Shown one piece after another: positions 1 to 8,332 of a stretch of DNA of 32,000 nt (position 1 is its first letter; each line of letters begins with the position of its first letter). This stretch comes from Nostoc sp. PCC 7120 = FACHB-418. GTDB taxonomy: Bacteria > Cyanobacteriota > Cyanobacteriia > Cyanobacteriales > Nostocaceae. The translations under genes were made by a program, and so were the position numbers. Below the pieces are notes generated by a model. That model ran no database searches, was not told the DNA's origin, and worked only from the letters and a program-made list of their open reading frames with translations. The DNA lies in the NCBI RefSeq assembly GCF_000009705.1, contig NC_003272.1:2760001-2792000 (forward strand), written 5' to 3'.

Positions 1-190
1 GGATAAATTCGTAAGTCATTAAGACAATGGCTGCAAGCCCATAATCCTCAGCGCTGAGAAACCGCGCCAGAATGACGGTAGTAATGAGCCTAAACACGCG
101 GATAACTAATTCCGCCGCCCCCATCCAGCCAATATTCCGGATAAAGCGGTCTTGAAACAGGCGTTTCTGTAGAGTTTGTATTCGGTTCAT
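1..190 (-). CDS. Polysaccharide flippase (Wzx / MOP-family polysaccharide biosynthesis protein), N-terminal 63 codons only; the gene runs off the left edge
   Basis: Not in the ORF track because it is edge-truncated. My minus-strand translation from the ATG at 190-188 is MNRIQTLQKRLFQDRFIRNIGWMGAAELVIRVFRLITTVILARFLSAEDYGLAAIVLMTYEFI. It has a hydrophobic first helix followed by ARFLSxEDYG, typical of Wzx-type flippase N-termini. The ATG overlaps the upstream stop (ATGA at 187-190), which implies an operon with the GT genes. Confidence 0.55.
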   Translation of the reverse strand, partial: MNRIQTLQKRLFQDRFIRNIGWMGAAELVIRVFRLITTVILARFLSAEDYGLAAIVLMTYEFI

Positions 191-1173
191 TTGAACTCCC
201 TCAAGACCTGTTCCCAAGCATCCACATAATCATCCCAGGCTTTTGCAGCGCTGAATCTGCCTTGCTGTCCCCAGGATTTTCGTTGTTCCGGGGAGGCTTG
301 AATCATTTGCACAATTCCATCCGCCAACATCCGACAATTCTCTGGCTGAAACTGAATCCCACAATTCTTTGCCTGTTCAGTCAGACCATCAACATCACTC
401 ACCAAAACAGGTCTAGCAGCCGCGCGAGCCTCTAAACAAACATTACCCCAAGGTTCCCATCGGGAAGGAACCACAACCGCGTCACAACGGCTTAAAAACC
501 CTGGGACATCATCAATTTTTCCCAGAAAGTGAATATGAGGATGATTGTGAGCCAAAGTTTTCAGCGATCGCTCGTCTGGTCCCTGTCCTCCTAAAAGTAA
601 CTGTACAGAACCAATAGGTAATAACTGTACCGCCTCAATCAAGCGATCGAATCCTTTTTGATGGGTGAACCGTCCATAAGCTGCCAAGGTAAATAGTTCG
701 TCCGAGTCAGCCTTTTCTGATACTTGCAAAAATGGATCTATATTTCGACTAGAGCGAATCAAGCGCATCTTTTCCGGTGGAACTAATCGCGCAGACTCCA
801 GCCAATGCTGTTGTCCTTCGGAGATGGATACAACCCGATCCATTAGCCGATAGTTCAGGCGTAACATAGCGCGAAATCGCCAAGTAGAGGGGACTTGATG
901 CTGTTCAAACCCTGCACTGTAGTGATGTTCTATCAATATTCGGGCTTTCGCCTTCCAGGTTAATAAATCTGGAATACCCTTCCAAGACGAGGCACGATGT
1001 AACACCAATAAATCAGGCTGCCAACTTTTTAAAGTATCTTTTGCTTGGTCTTGAGTCACCAATTGAAACTCTACCCAAGATGACAACCGTGTCTGCGTCA
1101 AGCTGGCTAGAGTAGCGCGAATCCCGCCTGTCCACCCCATGCCTTGAGAACCAAGGATATGCAGCACTTTCAT
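187..1173 (-). CDS. Glycosyltransferase, GT4 family (GT-B fold)
   Basis: ORF 187..1266. The likely start is the internal ATG giving MKVLHILGSQGMGWTGG (the typical GT4 N-terminus), and it overlaps the stop of the upstream gene (ATGA at 1170-1173). The C-terminal half carries the EX7E-type motif (PSRWEPWGNVCLEARAAARPVLVSDVDGL). Confidence 0.8.
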   Translation of the reverse strand: MKVLHILGSQGMGWTGGIRATLASLTQTRLSSWVEFQLVTQDQAKDTLKSWQPDLLVLHRASSWKGIPDLLTWKAKARILIEHHYSAGFEQHQVPSTWRFRAMLRLNYRLMDRVVSISEGQQHWLESARLVPPEKMRLIRSSRNIDPFLQVSEKADSDELFTLAAYGRFTHQKGFDRLIEAVQLLPIGSVQLLLGGQGPDERSLKTLAHNHPHIHFLGKIDDVPGFLSRCDAVVVPSRWEPWGNVCLEARAAARPVLVSDVDGLTEQAKNCGIQFQPENCRMLADGIVQMIQASPEQRKSWGQQGRFSAAKAWDDYVDAWEQVLREFK

Positions 1174-2348
1174 GAGGCAAATACCTGTAGTGGTTGTTGA
1201 CTGGTACTTTGAGACAGAATACGTTCTTGGTAGGCTTGGGCAATGGTTTCGGCGTGGGCTGACCAAGTATACTTTTTCACTTGCTGGAAGCGTATTGATA
1301 GGTCTGGTGTGGCTTCTGGGTAATTGAGCAAATCGCTAATGGTGTTAGCCCAAATATCCGGTTTACCCACTGGACAGTAAACTGCTGCATTACCTCCTAC
1401 TTCCCGCAGCACAGGAATATCACTTACAACAATGATGCTGCCACAGGCTAAGGCTTCAATCAAAGGCATTCCAAAGCCTTCGGCTTCGCTGGTCATTAAT
1501 ACTACTGCTGCCCGCCGATAAAATTCTGCCAAATCTTTCTGTTCTAAGCGTGGGAATAATCGGATACCATCACGAATCCCCAAGCGATCTATTCGTGCCT
1601 GCATATCAGGTTCCCATTCTGCGCCGACCCTAACCAACAGTAAATCTGGGTGGTGATGGCGTAGACGGGCGTAGGTTTCTAGTAAAACATCAAGGCGTTT
1701 ACGTTGGAGATTGACGCTGATATTCAACAAGAAAGGGCGATCGCCTATTTTTTCCTGAATAATGGCAGCCATATTTGCATTGCTCTCGTGAGGAGAAAAT
1801 TCACGGGCAATTCCTAGAGGAACTTGGACTAGCTTATCGGGGCTGATCAGTTGATAGTGAAGAATTTCCTCTCGCACAGATTGGGTTGTGTAAAATATCA
1901 CTGCCGCCTTGCAAAAACCATTCAAGGCGTAGCGCTGTATGGTGTTATAGCGGATGGAGCGGGGATATTTATCTGGTTGCAAGATGGAGCGAAACACATC
2001 TAAATCGTGGCAAAATACCCCTGTGCGTTCTGGGGGTAATATATTCACCAGTGAGGCATAACTTTGATCACAGATGTGGAAAAGATCAAACTGAGAAATT
2101 TGGGATTTGAGATGTCGGGGATAATCCCAAAAACGGTTTAACATTTTGTCCGTTTCCCTAGCAAAGCCCATTTTCCCCAGTCGAGGCAACTGCCGCAATC
2201 GATAAGTATAGTCTGGTTGGATACGGGTAGTTTCTAAATCGGGATGCTCTGCACTGAGATGATCATAAAGACGGTCTCCGCAAACTAGCATACTGGGAGA
2301 GGCTTCGTCTCGAAAGTTGCTAACTAAAGCTAGACGTGGGTGATTCAT
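1170..2348 (-). CDS. Glycosyltransferase, GT4 family
   Basis: 392 aa ORF. The C-terminal motif LMTSEAEGFGMPLIEALACGSIIVVSDIPVLREV is the GT4 nucleotide-sugar binding / EX7E region. It overlaps the downstream GT. Confidence 0.8.
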   Translation of the reverse strand: MNHPRLALVSNFRDEASPSMLVCGDRLYDHLSAEHPDLETTRIQPDYTYRLRQLPRLGKMGFARETDKMLNRFWDYPRHLKSQISQFDLFHICDQSYASLVNILPPERTGVFCHDLDVFRSILQPDKYPRSIRYNTIQRYALNGFCKAAVIFYTTQSVREEILHYQLISPDKLVQVPLGIAREFSPHESNANMAAIIQEKIGDRPFLLNISVNLQRKRLDVLLETYARLRHHHPDLLLVRVGAEWEPDMQARIDRLGIRDGIRLFPRLEQKDLAEFYRRAAVVLMTSEAEGFGMPLIEALACGSIIVVSDIPVLREVGGNAAVYCPVGKPDIWANTISDLLNYPEATPDLSIRFQQVKKYTWSAHAETIAQAYQERILSQSTSQQPLQVFAS

Positions 2349-2356
2349 ATTATTTA

Positions 2357-2400
2357 GGGGTGTGGGGGGATAGGGGTGTAGGGGTGTGAGGGGATAGGGG
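2357..2400 (+). repeat. Array of six G4-G6 tracts separated by 3-5 nt (GGGGTGT / GGGGATA heptamer-like repeat); C-rich on the transcribed minus strand
   Basis: Read directly. G-tracts lie at 2357-60, 2364-69, 2373-76, 2381-84, 2390-93 and 2397-2400. They fill the 74 bp spacer between the pyruvyl transferase stop and the GT start. AGGGGTGTGAGGGG (2380-2393) is nearly complementary to CCTTCACACCCCT (2428-2441). Confidence 0.8.
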
Positions 2401-2422
2401 TTTGGAGAAATCTTTCTTTCGC

Positions 2423-3520
2423 TTACACCTTCACACCCCTAAATCCTGGCAACGCCAAGAAGCTTGTTTCTATCTTTTGAAAGCACTCATTAAAGTCTTT
2501 CTGCACTTGAGTCCGAATGGCTACATGGTCAAATGTCTGCTCAGAGGTATGGGCGATCGCATCTATATGAGCATCCACATCAAACTGTTCGAGACTGCAC
2601 CCAGGGATTCCCAGTCTTTCGCTTAAGTCTCGGCCTTTGTTGGAGTAGTAAAGATTAAAAGGAACTCGCCCACTAGCTAGGGCTAAGACGGCTGTGTGAT
2701 AACGGATGGCGACAATCACAGGAGAAATACTCAACGCACCCATCACTAATTCCCATTTAGCCAGGTTGCTACTCACTGTAAAGGGATTGAATATTTTCAG
2801 TTGTGGTACTTGCCCAGAAATTTCCTCTGCTACAGCTAAATCGTTATCTGCACCGTAAGCTTGGGACTGAATCACTAATACAGGTTGATATTGACGTTCC
2901 CAGAGTCTACAACACAGATTAACTAATTGACGTTGAAATTGTTGATTATCATGGCTATACATCGAGTCAAAAGCGCGCAGTGAGATTAAGGCTGCCCTCT
3001 CTGGCATGATTTCTAGAGTTTGGAATATCTGCTTTGCTTGCGTTTGCGCCTGGGAACTGACAGAAAGGCTAAAAGCAGCATCAAAGGAAAGAATGGCGTT
3101 GATTCCCGCTTGTGTTAGACGTTTGTGACTTTCCACATCGCGGACGCAGACAGCAGACAACTTTCGGAGAGAACAAGCTAGAGCCTGAAAACTCAAGCCG
3201 TGACATGATCGCGGAATTGATTGTCCAAAGAGGAATGTTTGCTTAGGCGATCGCCTTAACTCCAACAAGTTCCGAATGAAAGTTTTGGTAATCAAGCCTT
3301 CACGGGCATTATTGAAAATATCGCCACCTACGCTAATATAGGCATCACAACGCCCCAGATCCGACAGAATCTGCAATCCTGGGATATACTCCGGTGTTGT
3401 ATCTGAAAATTTGGCTACAACTTCCGCCCCGGATGCTAAGGCAGCTAAAGCGCTATAAATTGCCGCATCACCAATATTTAAAGTCGAATAAGTATTTACT
3501 AAACCAACGGTGAGTCCCAT
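2423..3520 (-). CDS. Polysaccharide pyruvyl transferase family protein
   Basis: 365 aa. The N-terminus VGLVNTYSTLNIGDAAIYSAL, the YISVGGDIFNN motif and the IRYHTAVLALASGRVPF motif near the C-terminal third are characteristic of the PS pyruvyl transferase family (CsaB/WcaK-like). It sits in an EPS gene context. Confidence 0.75.
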   Translation of the reverse strand: MGLTVGLVNTYSTLNIGDAAIYSALAALASGAEVVAKFSDTTPEYIPGLQILSDLGRCDAYISVGGDIFNNAREGLITKTFIRNLLELRRSPKQTFLFGQSIPRSCHGLSFQALACSLRKLSAVCVRDVESHKRLTQAGINAILSFDAAFSLSVSSQAQTQAKQIFQTLEIMPERAALISLRAFDSMYSHDNQQFQRQLVNLCCRLWERQYQPVLVIQSQAYGADNDLAVAEEISGQVPQLKIFNPFTVSSNLAKWELVMGALSISPVIVAIRYHTAVLALASGRVPFNLYYSNKGRDLSERLGIPGCSLEQFDVDAHIDAIAHTSEQTFDHVAIRTQVQKDFNECFQKIETSFLALPGFRGVKV

Positions 3521-3871
3521 GTTTGATTAACAGAGTGATGAATCTCTATTACTCTCTTCTCATGTTATTGGCTATATCAGTATAAAAAAGTCTAGTTATT
3601 GATTAATTTTGCAATATAAAATACGTAGTGTAATTACATAAAAGTAATCTTGTATGTAAAATTTTCTCAATGTTATTACTTAGAAAAAAGATTGAGATAT
3701 AACTACCATAAGTATCTATTCAGTTGATAAATAAAATTATTCTGATTCTAAAATCTTTAAGAGAATAAAGTATATATTGGTACCAAAATATTTACTTATG
3801 CTTATTACCGTAATCTACTGTCATAAAATAACTTATTTATTACATAGAAATAGAAAATACTGGGTCTTACC
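3521..3871. promoter_or_regulatory. Very AT-rich divergent intergenic region, presumably holding promoters for both EPS operons
   Basis: 351 bp between divergently oriented start codons (3520 minus, 3872 plus). It is visibly much more AT-rich than the flanking ORFs. No specific -10/-35 or factor site could be assigned with confidence. Confidence 0.4.
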
Positions 3872-4900
3872 ATGTCCAAACCTTTAATTGTCACCACAAT
3901 TCTTGTCAGCTTGAGTCTATCTACACCGTGTTTAGCTTTGCCTCTATCTCCAGGCGATCGCCTGAAAGTGAGTATTCCCGAAGGACAGGAGTTTAGCGGG
4001 ATTTTTGAGGTGAATTTAGAAGGAAACCTGGAAATCCCCTATCTACCGCCTTTGCTTGTAGCTGGTTTAGAACCTGGGGAAGTACAGATGAACTTGAAAA
4101 CGGCTTTGATTGAGCGAGGCTTTTTTCAGCCTTCTTTTTTGCAGGTCAGCGTGAATGTGGTGCAGTGGTCGCCGATTGTGGTGTTTGTCAGTGGGTCAAC
4201 ATTCTTACCGGGAAGGGTAATGATCAATGAACTTTCCCCAGGAGAAAAAACCCAGGCACCTGTACCTGTAACTGGACAATACCCCCCCAATCGTTATTTA
4301 GCCGCCGCCATTCGTGATGCTGGTGGAGTTACACCCACAGCCGATATTAAAAATGTGCAGTTAATTCGCAATGGAGAGACGCGCACTATTGATTTATCGG
4401 GGATATTAACAGGTGAACCTTTTGAAGATGTGCCACTAATTGCCGGCGATCGCATCATCGTTCCCGATTCAGGCAAAATGAATAATGACCTCGTGCGTCC
4501 CTCGCAAATTACGCCTACAGGGGTCAAGGTTTTTCTCTCCAATTTGACTGTACCAGCTACGGGCAACGGTGCTTCTTCTATTAGTCGTGATGCCACCTCA
4601 TTTCATTACGGCGCTCGTTTTTCCCATGCGGTGGTTGGAGCTAACTGTGCAGGTGGAACACGAGGAACCAATGCTGGCAGAAAGGCTATTTTGGTGACTA
4701 CAGACCAGTTAACCGGGAAAACTTCTTATTTAGAGCGTCGTGTTGACGATATTTTGATGCGTTCTACTGACGATACCAACAACCCCTTCTTAAAGGCAAA
4801 TGATAGTGTAGCCTGCTATGACTCAAGAGTTGTGCAATTCCGGGATGTGATCCAAACCATCTTATCTCCCATTCCAATTTTGCGAGATTTATTCAAATGA
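3872..4900 (+). CDS. Polysaccharide export protein, Wza-like (Poly_export + SLBB domains), with signal peptide
   Basis: N-terminal signal-like MSKPLIVTTILVSLSLSTPCLA. It has the PGDRLKVSI motif typical of the Poly_export domain and an SLBB-like segment (YLAAAIRDAGGVTPTADIKNVQLIRNGETRTIDLS...IAGDRIIVP). Confidence 0.75.
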   Translation: MSKPLIVTTILVSLSLSTPCLALPLSPGDRLKVSIPEGQEFSGIFEVNLEGNLEIPYLPPLLVAGLEPGEVQMNLKTALIERGFFQPSFLQVSVNVVQWSPIVVFVSGSTFLPGRVMINELSPGEKTQAPVPVTGQYPPNRYLAAAIRDAGGVTPTADIKNVQLIRNGETRTIDLSGILTGEPFEDVPLIAGDRIIVPDSGKMNNDLVRPSQITPTGVKVFLSNLTVPATGNGASSISRDATSFHYGARFSHAVVGANCAGGTRGTNAGRKAILVTTDQLTGKTSYLERRVDDILMRSTDDTNNPFLKANDSVACYDSRVVQFRDVIQTILSPIPILRDLFK

Positions 4901-6294
4901 CTAGACAACTTTTGATTGTGCCAATAGTCAAGTTAAAAAATCTGCTGACAGGCCGTTGGCTACGTTATGCGTTTCTCAGTGTCGCCGGGAACGCTCTCAT
5001 CTGGGGAACTTCAATTCAATATTTAAAAGTTACCAAACCGACCTATACCAGTGAGTTCGCCCTAATCCTTTCTGGTGCTAGTTTTGGTGTTAACGTCAAC
5101 CTACCAGGAATTGGTCAGGCAACATCTTCTAGTAGCTCTGCTATTGGTAGTTCTACTTATGATGCTAGGGCAAACTATGAATATATTTTTACCAGCGAGG
5201 CAGTTTTAAAGAAAGCCGCAGCGATCGCCAAAATACCAGAAGAACAATTTAGTAAACCCCGGATCAAACTGTTAGATAACAGCACAATCATGCAGTTTGA
5301 AGTCACAGGCAAAAGTCCTAAGGAAGCACAGAATAAATCCCTAGCTCTATATCAGGCTATGGTGCATCAAATTACTGTTTTACGAACTGGAGAAATCAAT
5401 CAACGTAAAGACCCTACACAGAAAACCTTACTTTCATCTCAACAAAAACTAGAACGAGCGCAGAAACACCTTTCGGAATACAAATTACGTTCGGGTCTAA
5501 GTTTTCCCGATCAAATAGGCAACTTATCATCTAACATTGAGCAGTTGCGACGGCAACGAGCCGAAGCCAAAGCGCAAGAAAACGCTACCAACCAAAAATT
5601 ACAGCAGCTAGCTAAAAATATAGGATTGTCCCCCCAAGAAGCCGCAGATGCTTTTTTGCTGCGTGTAGACCAAATTTTTCAACAGAATCTCAAAGACTAC
5701 AGTGAAGCAACCACAACTCTAGAAATTTTAATGACTAAATATGGCCCTAACCATCCCCAGGTGGTAAAGGAAAGAATTAGGCAAGAAGCTGCTTTAGCAG
5801 CTCTACTGGAACGTAGTCAAATTCTCTTAGAAAAACCTATGACTACAACTATATTGAACCGTTTAGCCTTAGCGGTGAATGGCTCTGGTCGAGATACTTT
5901 ATTTCAGAATTTAGTTACCTACCAATCTGATCAAAAAGGACTCCAGTCTCAGGTAAAAACTTTAGATTCAGAAATTCAGCGTTTAGAAAAACGTTTAGAA
6001 ATTCTCTCTCAGCGCCAATCTAAGTTAGAAAACCTAAAGCGGGATGTGCAGATTGCAGAAGCTATGTTTGCCTCTACCCTGACCAAATTAGATTTGGGAC
6101 AAGGAGATATTTTTGCAGCCTATCCTTTAGTACAGATGTTGGTGGAACCTAATCTTCCCGATCAACCCACTGCACCCAAAAAAAGCTTTATTTTAGCTGG
6201 CTCTGCGGCTGGTTCTATCTTTTCCACCCTTGGCTTGTGCTTGGTGTGGATTCGTAAACCTTGGATAGAAAAGTTATCTAAGTGGTTATCTTGA
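4897..6294 (+). CDS. Polysaccharide co-polymerase / chain-length determinant protein (Wzz/GumC-like) lacking a BY-kinase domain
   Basis: The start overlaps the upstream stop (ATGA at 4897-4900). Architecture: an N-terminal TM segment (YAFLSVAGNALIWG), a long coiled-coil-like periplasmic region, a PxxP-like segment (PNLPDQPTAPKK), then a C-terminal TM (FILAGSAAGSIFSTLGLCLVWI). No Walker A motif is seen. Confidence 0.7.
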   Translation: MTRQLLIVPIVKLKNLLTGRWLRYAFLSVAGNALIWGTSIQYLKVTKPTYTSEFALILSGASFGVNVNLPGIGQATSSSSSAIGSSTYDARANYEYIFTSEAVLKKAAAIAKIPEEQFSKPRIKLLDNSTIMQFEVTGKSPKEAQNKSLALYQAMVHQITVLRTGEINQRKDPTQKTLLSSQQKLERAQKHLSEYKLRSGLSFPDQIGNLSSNIEQLRRQRAEAKAQENATNQKLQQLAKNIGLSPQEAADAFLLRVDQIFQQNLKDYSEATTTLEILMTKYGPNHPQVVKERIRQEAALAALLERSQILLEKPMTTTILNRLALAVNGSGRDTLFQNLVTYQSDQKGLQSQVKTLDSEIQRLEKRLEILSQRQSKLENLKRDVQIAEAMFASTLTKLDLGQGDIFAAYPLVQMLVEPNLPDQPTAPKKSFILAGSAAGSIFSTLGLCLVWIRKPWIEKLSKWLS

Positions 6295-6359
6295 TAATTC
6301 GTAATTAGCGCTAGTGTGAACAATTTTGAATAGTTATTAGGGATTTTTGGAAGGGATGA

Positions 6360-7640
6360 ATGTTAAAGCTATTTAAACCAAGCAAAAATGACGATATCCA
6401 GCCAGAGAATGTACCAGAGAAAGTTGTTTGGTGGGCGATCGCTAATACCTATTATATTTGGGTCTTCGGTGGACTATATGTTGTTGGCTCCGTTATGGGT
6501 TGGGTGCTATTACTATTTTTAATAATTAAAATTTTGGCTCAAACCAAAGACACACCACCGGAGGAAAAAATTACTATTTCCTGGATTATTTGGGTTTGGA
6601 TTGTGGGAATGTTCTTCATGCAAGTAGCTTTAATTGCGGGACATTTAGATTTCAATTTGCCTACGAGTCTAATAATTAAATCTTCCATTGGTTGGGCTAA
6701 AGGTTGGGCGGCATTGGCTCTCTATCCCTTAGCCGGGTGCTTGAAAATCCGGCCGCAAATAATTTATCGGGCTGTTTGCATTGTCGGTTTTCATACCCTC
6801 ATCATTACCCCTTTTTTACTATTAACACCTTATCTGCATTTACCCCAAATTCTCTACGTTTCGCCACTCAGAGCAGTAGGGGGGCCTGGCAATGAATTTT
6901 TTGATGTACCTCTTTACGAAATAGACGGTAGTACAGGAGACTTACGCTGGCGACTATTTACACCTTGGGGGCCTGCATTAGGTTTTGTGGGTAATGTTTA
7001 CTTTATGCTGGCGCTGCAAGAAAAAGATAAAAAATGGCGCACCTTTGGATTAATCGGCTCAGTCTTGATGTGCTTTGTTTGTAAGTCTCGATTAGCTCAG
7101 GTTTGTATAATCATTATTCCCTTGCTAACAAAAGTTCTCTCTGGTTTAAATCGACCACGAATCTTGATTGGGTTGGGATTTTTCAGCTACCTGGGGGGTA
7201 TTTTCTCCCCATCAATAATTCTCGCTTTTAATAATTTTTGGGAAGGATTCAAAGCTGCACGAGCAGGTTCTACAAGAGTACGTATGGCACTCAAGCGAAT
7301 TGCGGTACATCGCTGGCAAACAGGAGCCCCTATTTGGGGACATGGGGTAGTTGAAGATGGCCCCCACATTGTGGAATATATGCCCATCGGTTCACATCAT
7401 ACATGGGCTGGTGTATTGTTTGTTAAAGGAGTTGTAGGGTTTATAGCAATTGCTCTACCAATGGGTTTAAGCTTCGTCTATTTATTAATCAAGTCAATGG
7501 ATAGCAGATGCCCAACTGCAAAAGTAGGCTTGAGTGTGGTGATGATTCTTTTCCTTTATACCTTTGGTGAAAATTTGGAAATACTAGTATATTTATATTG
7601 GCCTGGACTATTGGTAATGGGTATCGGTTGTCAAGAATAA
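6360..7640 (+). CDS. O-antigen ligase / polymerase-like (Wzy-type) polytopic membrane protein
   Basis: 426 aa with roughly 10 hydrophobic segments. It follows the exporter and co-polymerase genes. The family assignment comes from topology and context only. Confidence 0.55.
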   Translation: MLKLFKPSKNDDIQPENVPEKVVWWAIANTYYIWVFGGLYVVGSVMGWVLLLFLIIKILAQTKDTPPEEKITISWIIWVWIVGMFFMQVALIAGHLDFNLPTSLIIKSSIGWAKGWAALALYPLAGCLKIRPQIIYRAVCIVGFHTLIITPFLLLTPYLHLPQILYVSPLRAVGGPGNEFFDVPLYEIDGSTGDLRWRLFTPWGPALGFVGNVYFMLALQEKDKKWRTFGLIGSVLMCFVCKSRLAQVCIIIIPLLTKVLSGLNRPRILIGLGFFSYLGGIFSPSIILAFNNFWEGFKAARAGSTRVRMALKRIAVHRWQTGAPIWGHGVVEDGPHIVEYMPIGSHHTWAGVLFVKGVVGFIAIALPMGLSFVYLLIKSMDSRCPTAKVGLSVVMILFLYTFGENLEILVYLYWPGLLVMGIGCQE

Positions 7641-7669
7641 TCTAAATTCTGGCTGAGTTTGGGAAAAAA

Positions 7670-8161
7670 TCACATTTGATACCAAGCTGTCAAAGCTACA
7701 GCCAAGGCATCAGCAGCATCATCTGGCCGAGGAATTTCTGCTAAATCCAACTCTCGTGCTACCGCCTCTTGCACTTCAGATTTATCAGCGTTGCCATATC
7801 CCGTTAAAGCTAGCTTAATCTGTGCTGGTGTAAATTCGACATAAGGCAAATGGTGCTGTGCTAAGGCTAACATCACTACACCTCTAGCTTGTGCCACAAC
7901 AATTGTACTTGACATACGATAGAAGAACAGTTTTTCAATTGCGACTACATCAGGTTGTAATTGATCAATCACGGTGTGCAAATCATCGAACAAAGTACAC
8001 AAGCGTTGCCCAATCTCTATATCTGCTGAGGTTTTGATGACTCCAAAGTCCAAGACATTGACTTTTGTACTTTGTAGTTGGGTTAAGCCTGGTGTACAAG
8101 TAATTGCCCCAAATCCTAAAATTGCCAGTCCTGGGTCTAATCCTAAAATTCGCTTTTCCAT
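7670..8161 (-). CDS. ruvC: Crossover junction endodeoxyribonuclease RuvC
   Basis: [20 protein letters not shown]... has the conserved first catalytic Asp region, and the C-terminal [11 protein letters not shown] motif is present. The ATG at 8161 is preferred over the upstream TTG at 8179. Confidence 0.9.
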   Translation of the reverse strand: MEKRILGLDPGLAILGFGAITCTPGLTQLQSTKVNVLDFGVIKTSADIEIGQRLCTLFDDLHTVIDQLQPDVVAIEKLFFYRMSSTIVVAQARGVVMLALAQHHLPYVEFTPAQIKLALTGYGNADKSEVQEAVARELDLAEIPRPDDAADALAVALTAWYQM

Positions 8162-8332
8162 TAAATTATCTTTTACCAAGTTATGGTTTGATGGACATAC
8201 TGGCAGCCTTGATGACTTGCTTTTAGTTTAAGTGGAACTAAAAAAAGGTTTCATAATTTCATACTTGGTGTTAAAACCATTTAGTGTGCATTTTCTGTTA
8301 GTTATTCTTTGTACCACGGCTCCGAATCAGGT

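Noticed and set aside
1013-1243. 76 aa minus-strand ORF overlapping the GT4 genes. The same applies to other track ORFs that lie wholly or mostly within larger genes in a different frame or strand: 1886-2110, 2402-2626, 4294-4596, 6704-6895, 7187-7387, 7974-8231, 8302-8586, 8992-9258, 9312-9515, 10251-10532, 14281-14631, 14810-14998, 15032-15226, 20994-21191, 21937-22128, 22240-22524, 22935-23135, 23488-23688, 25357-25569, 26032-26214, 27983-28246, 28763-29095, 29095-29277, 30892-31101, 30947-31225 and 31218-31454.
   Set aside because: Each overlaps a longer ORF that has clear family motifs. Their translations are low-complexity or Arg/Ser/Cys-rich, as expected for shadow frames. None has a recognisable motif.
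2357-2400. Heptamer and hairpin repeats (also at 10300-10336, 27720-27736, 28755-28834 and 30832-30851) as a possible CRISPR array
   Set aside because: The repeat units are 7-15 bp and directly tandem, with no 30-40 bp unique spacers. No cas genes are present. They fit STRR or small dispersed repeats of Nostocales instead.
3625-3638. NtcA-like site GTA-N8-ACA in the EPS divergent promoter region
   Set aside because: It does not match the GTA-N8-TAC consensus in the second half-site, and the AT-rich context makes near-matches frequent.
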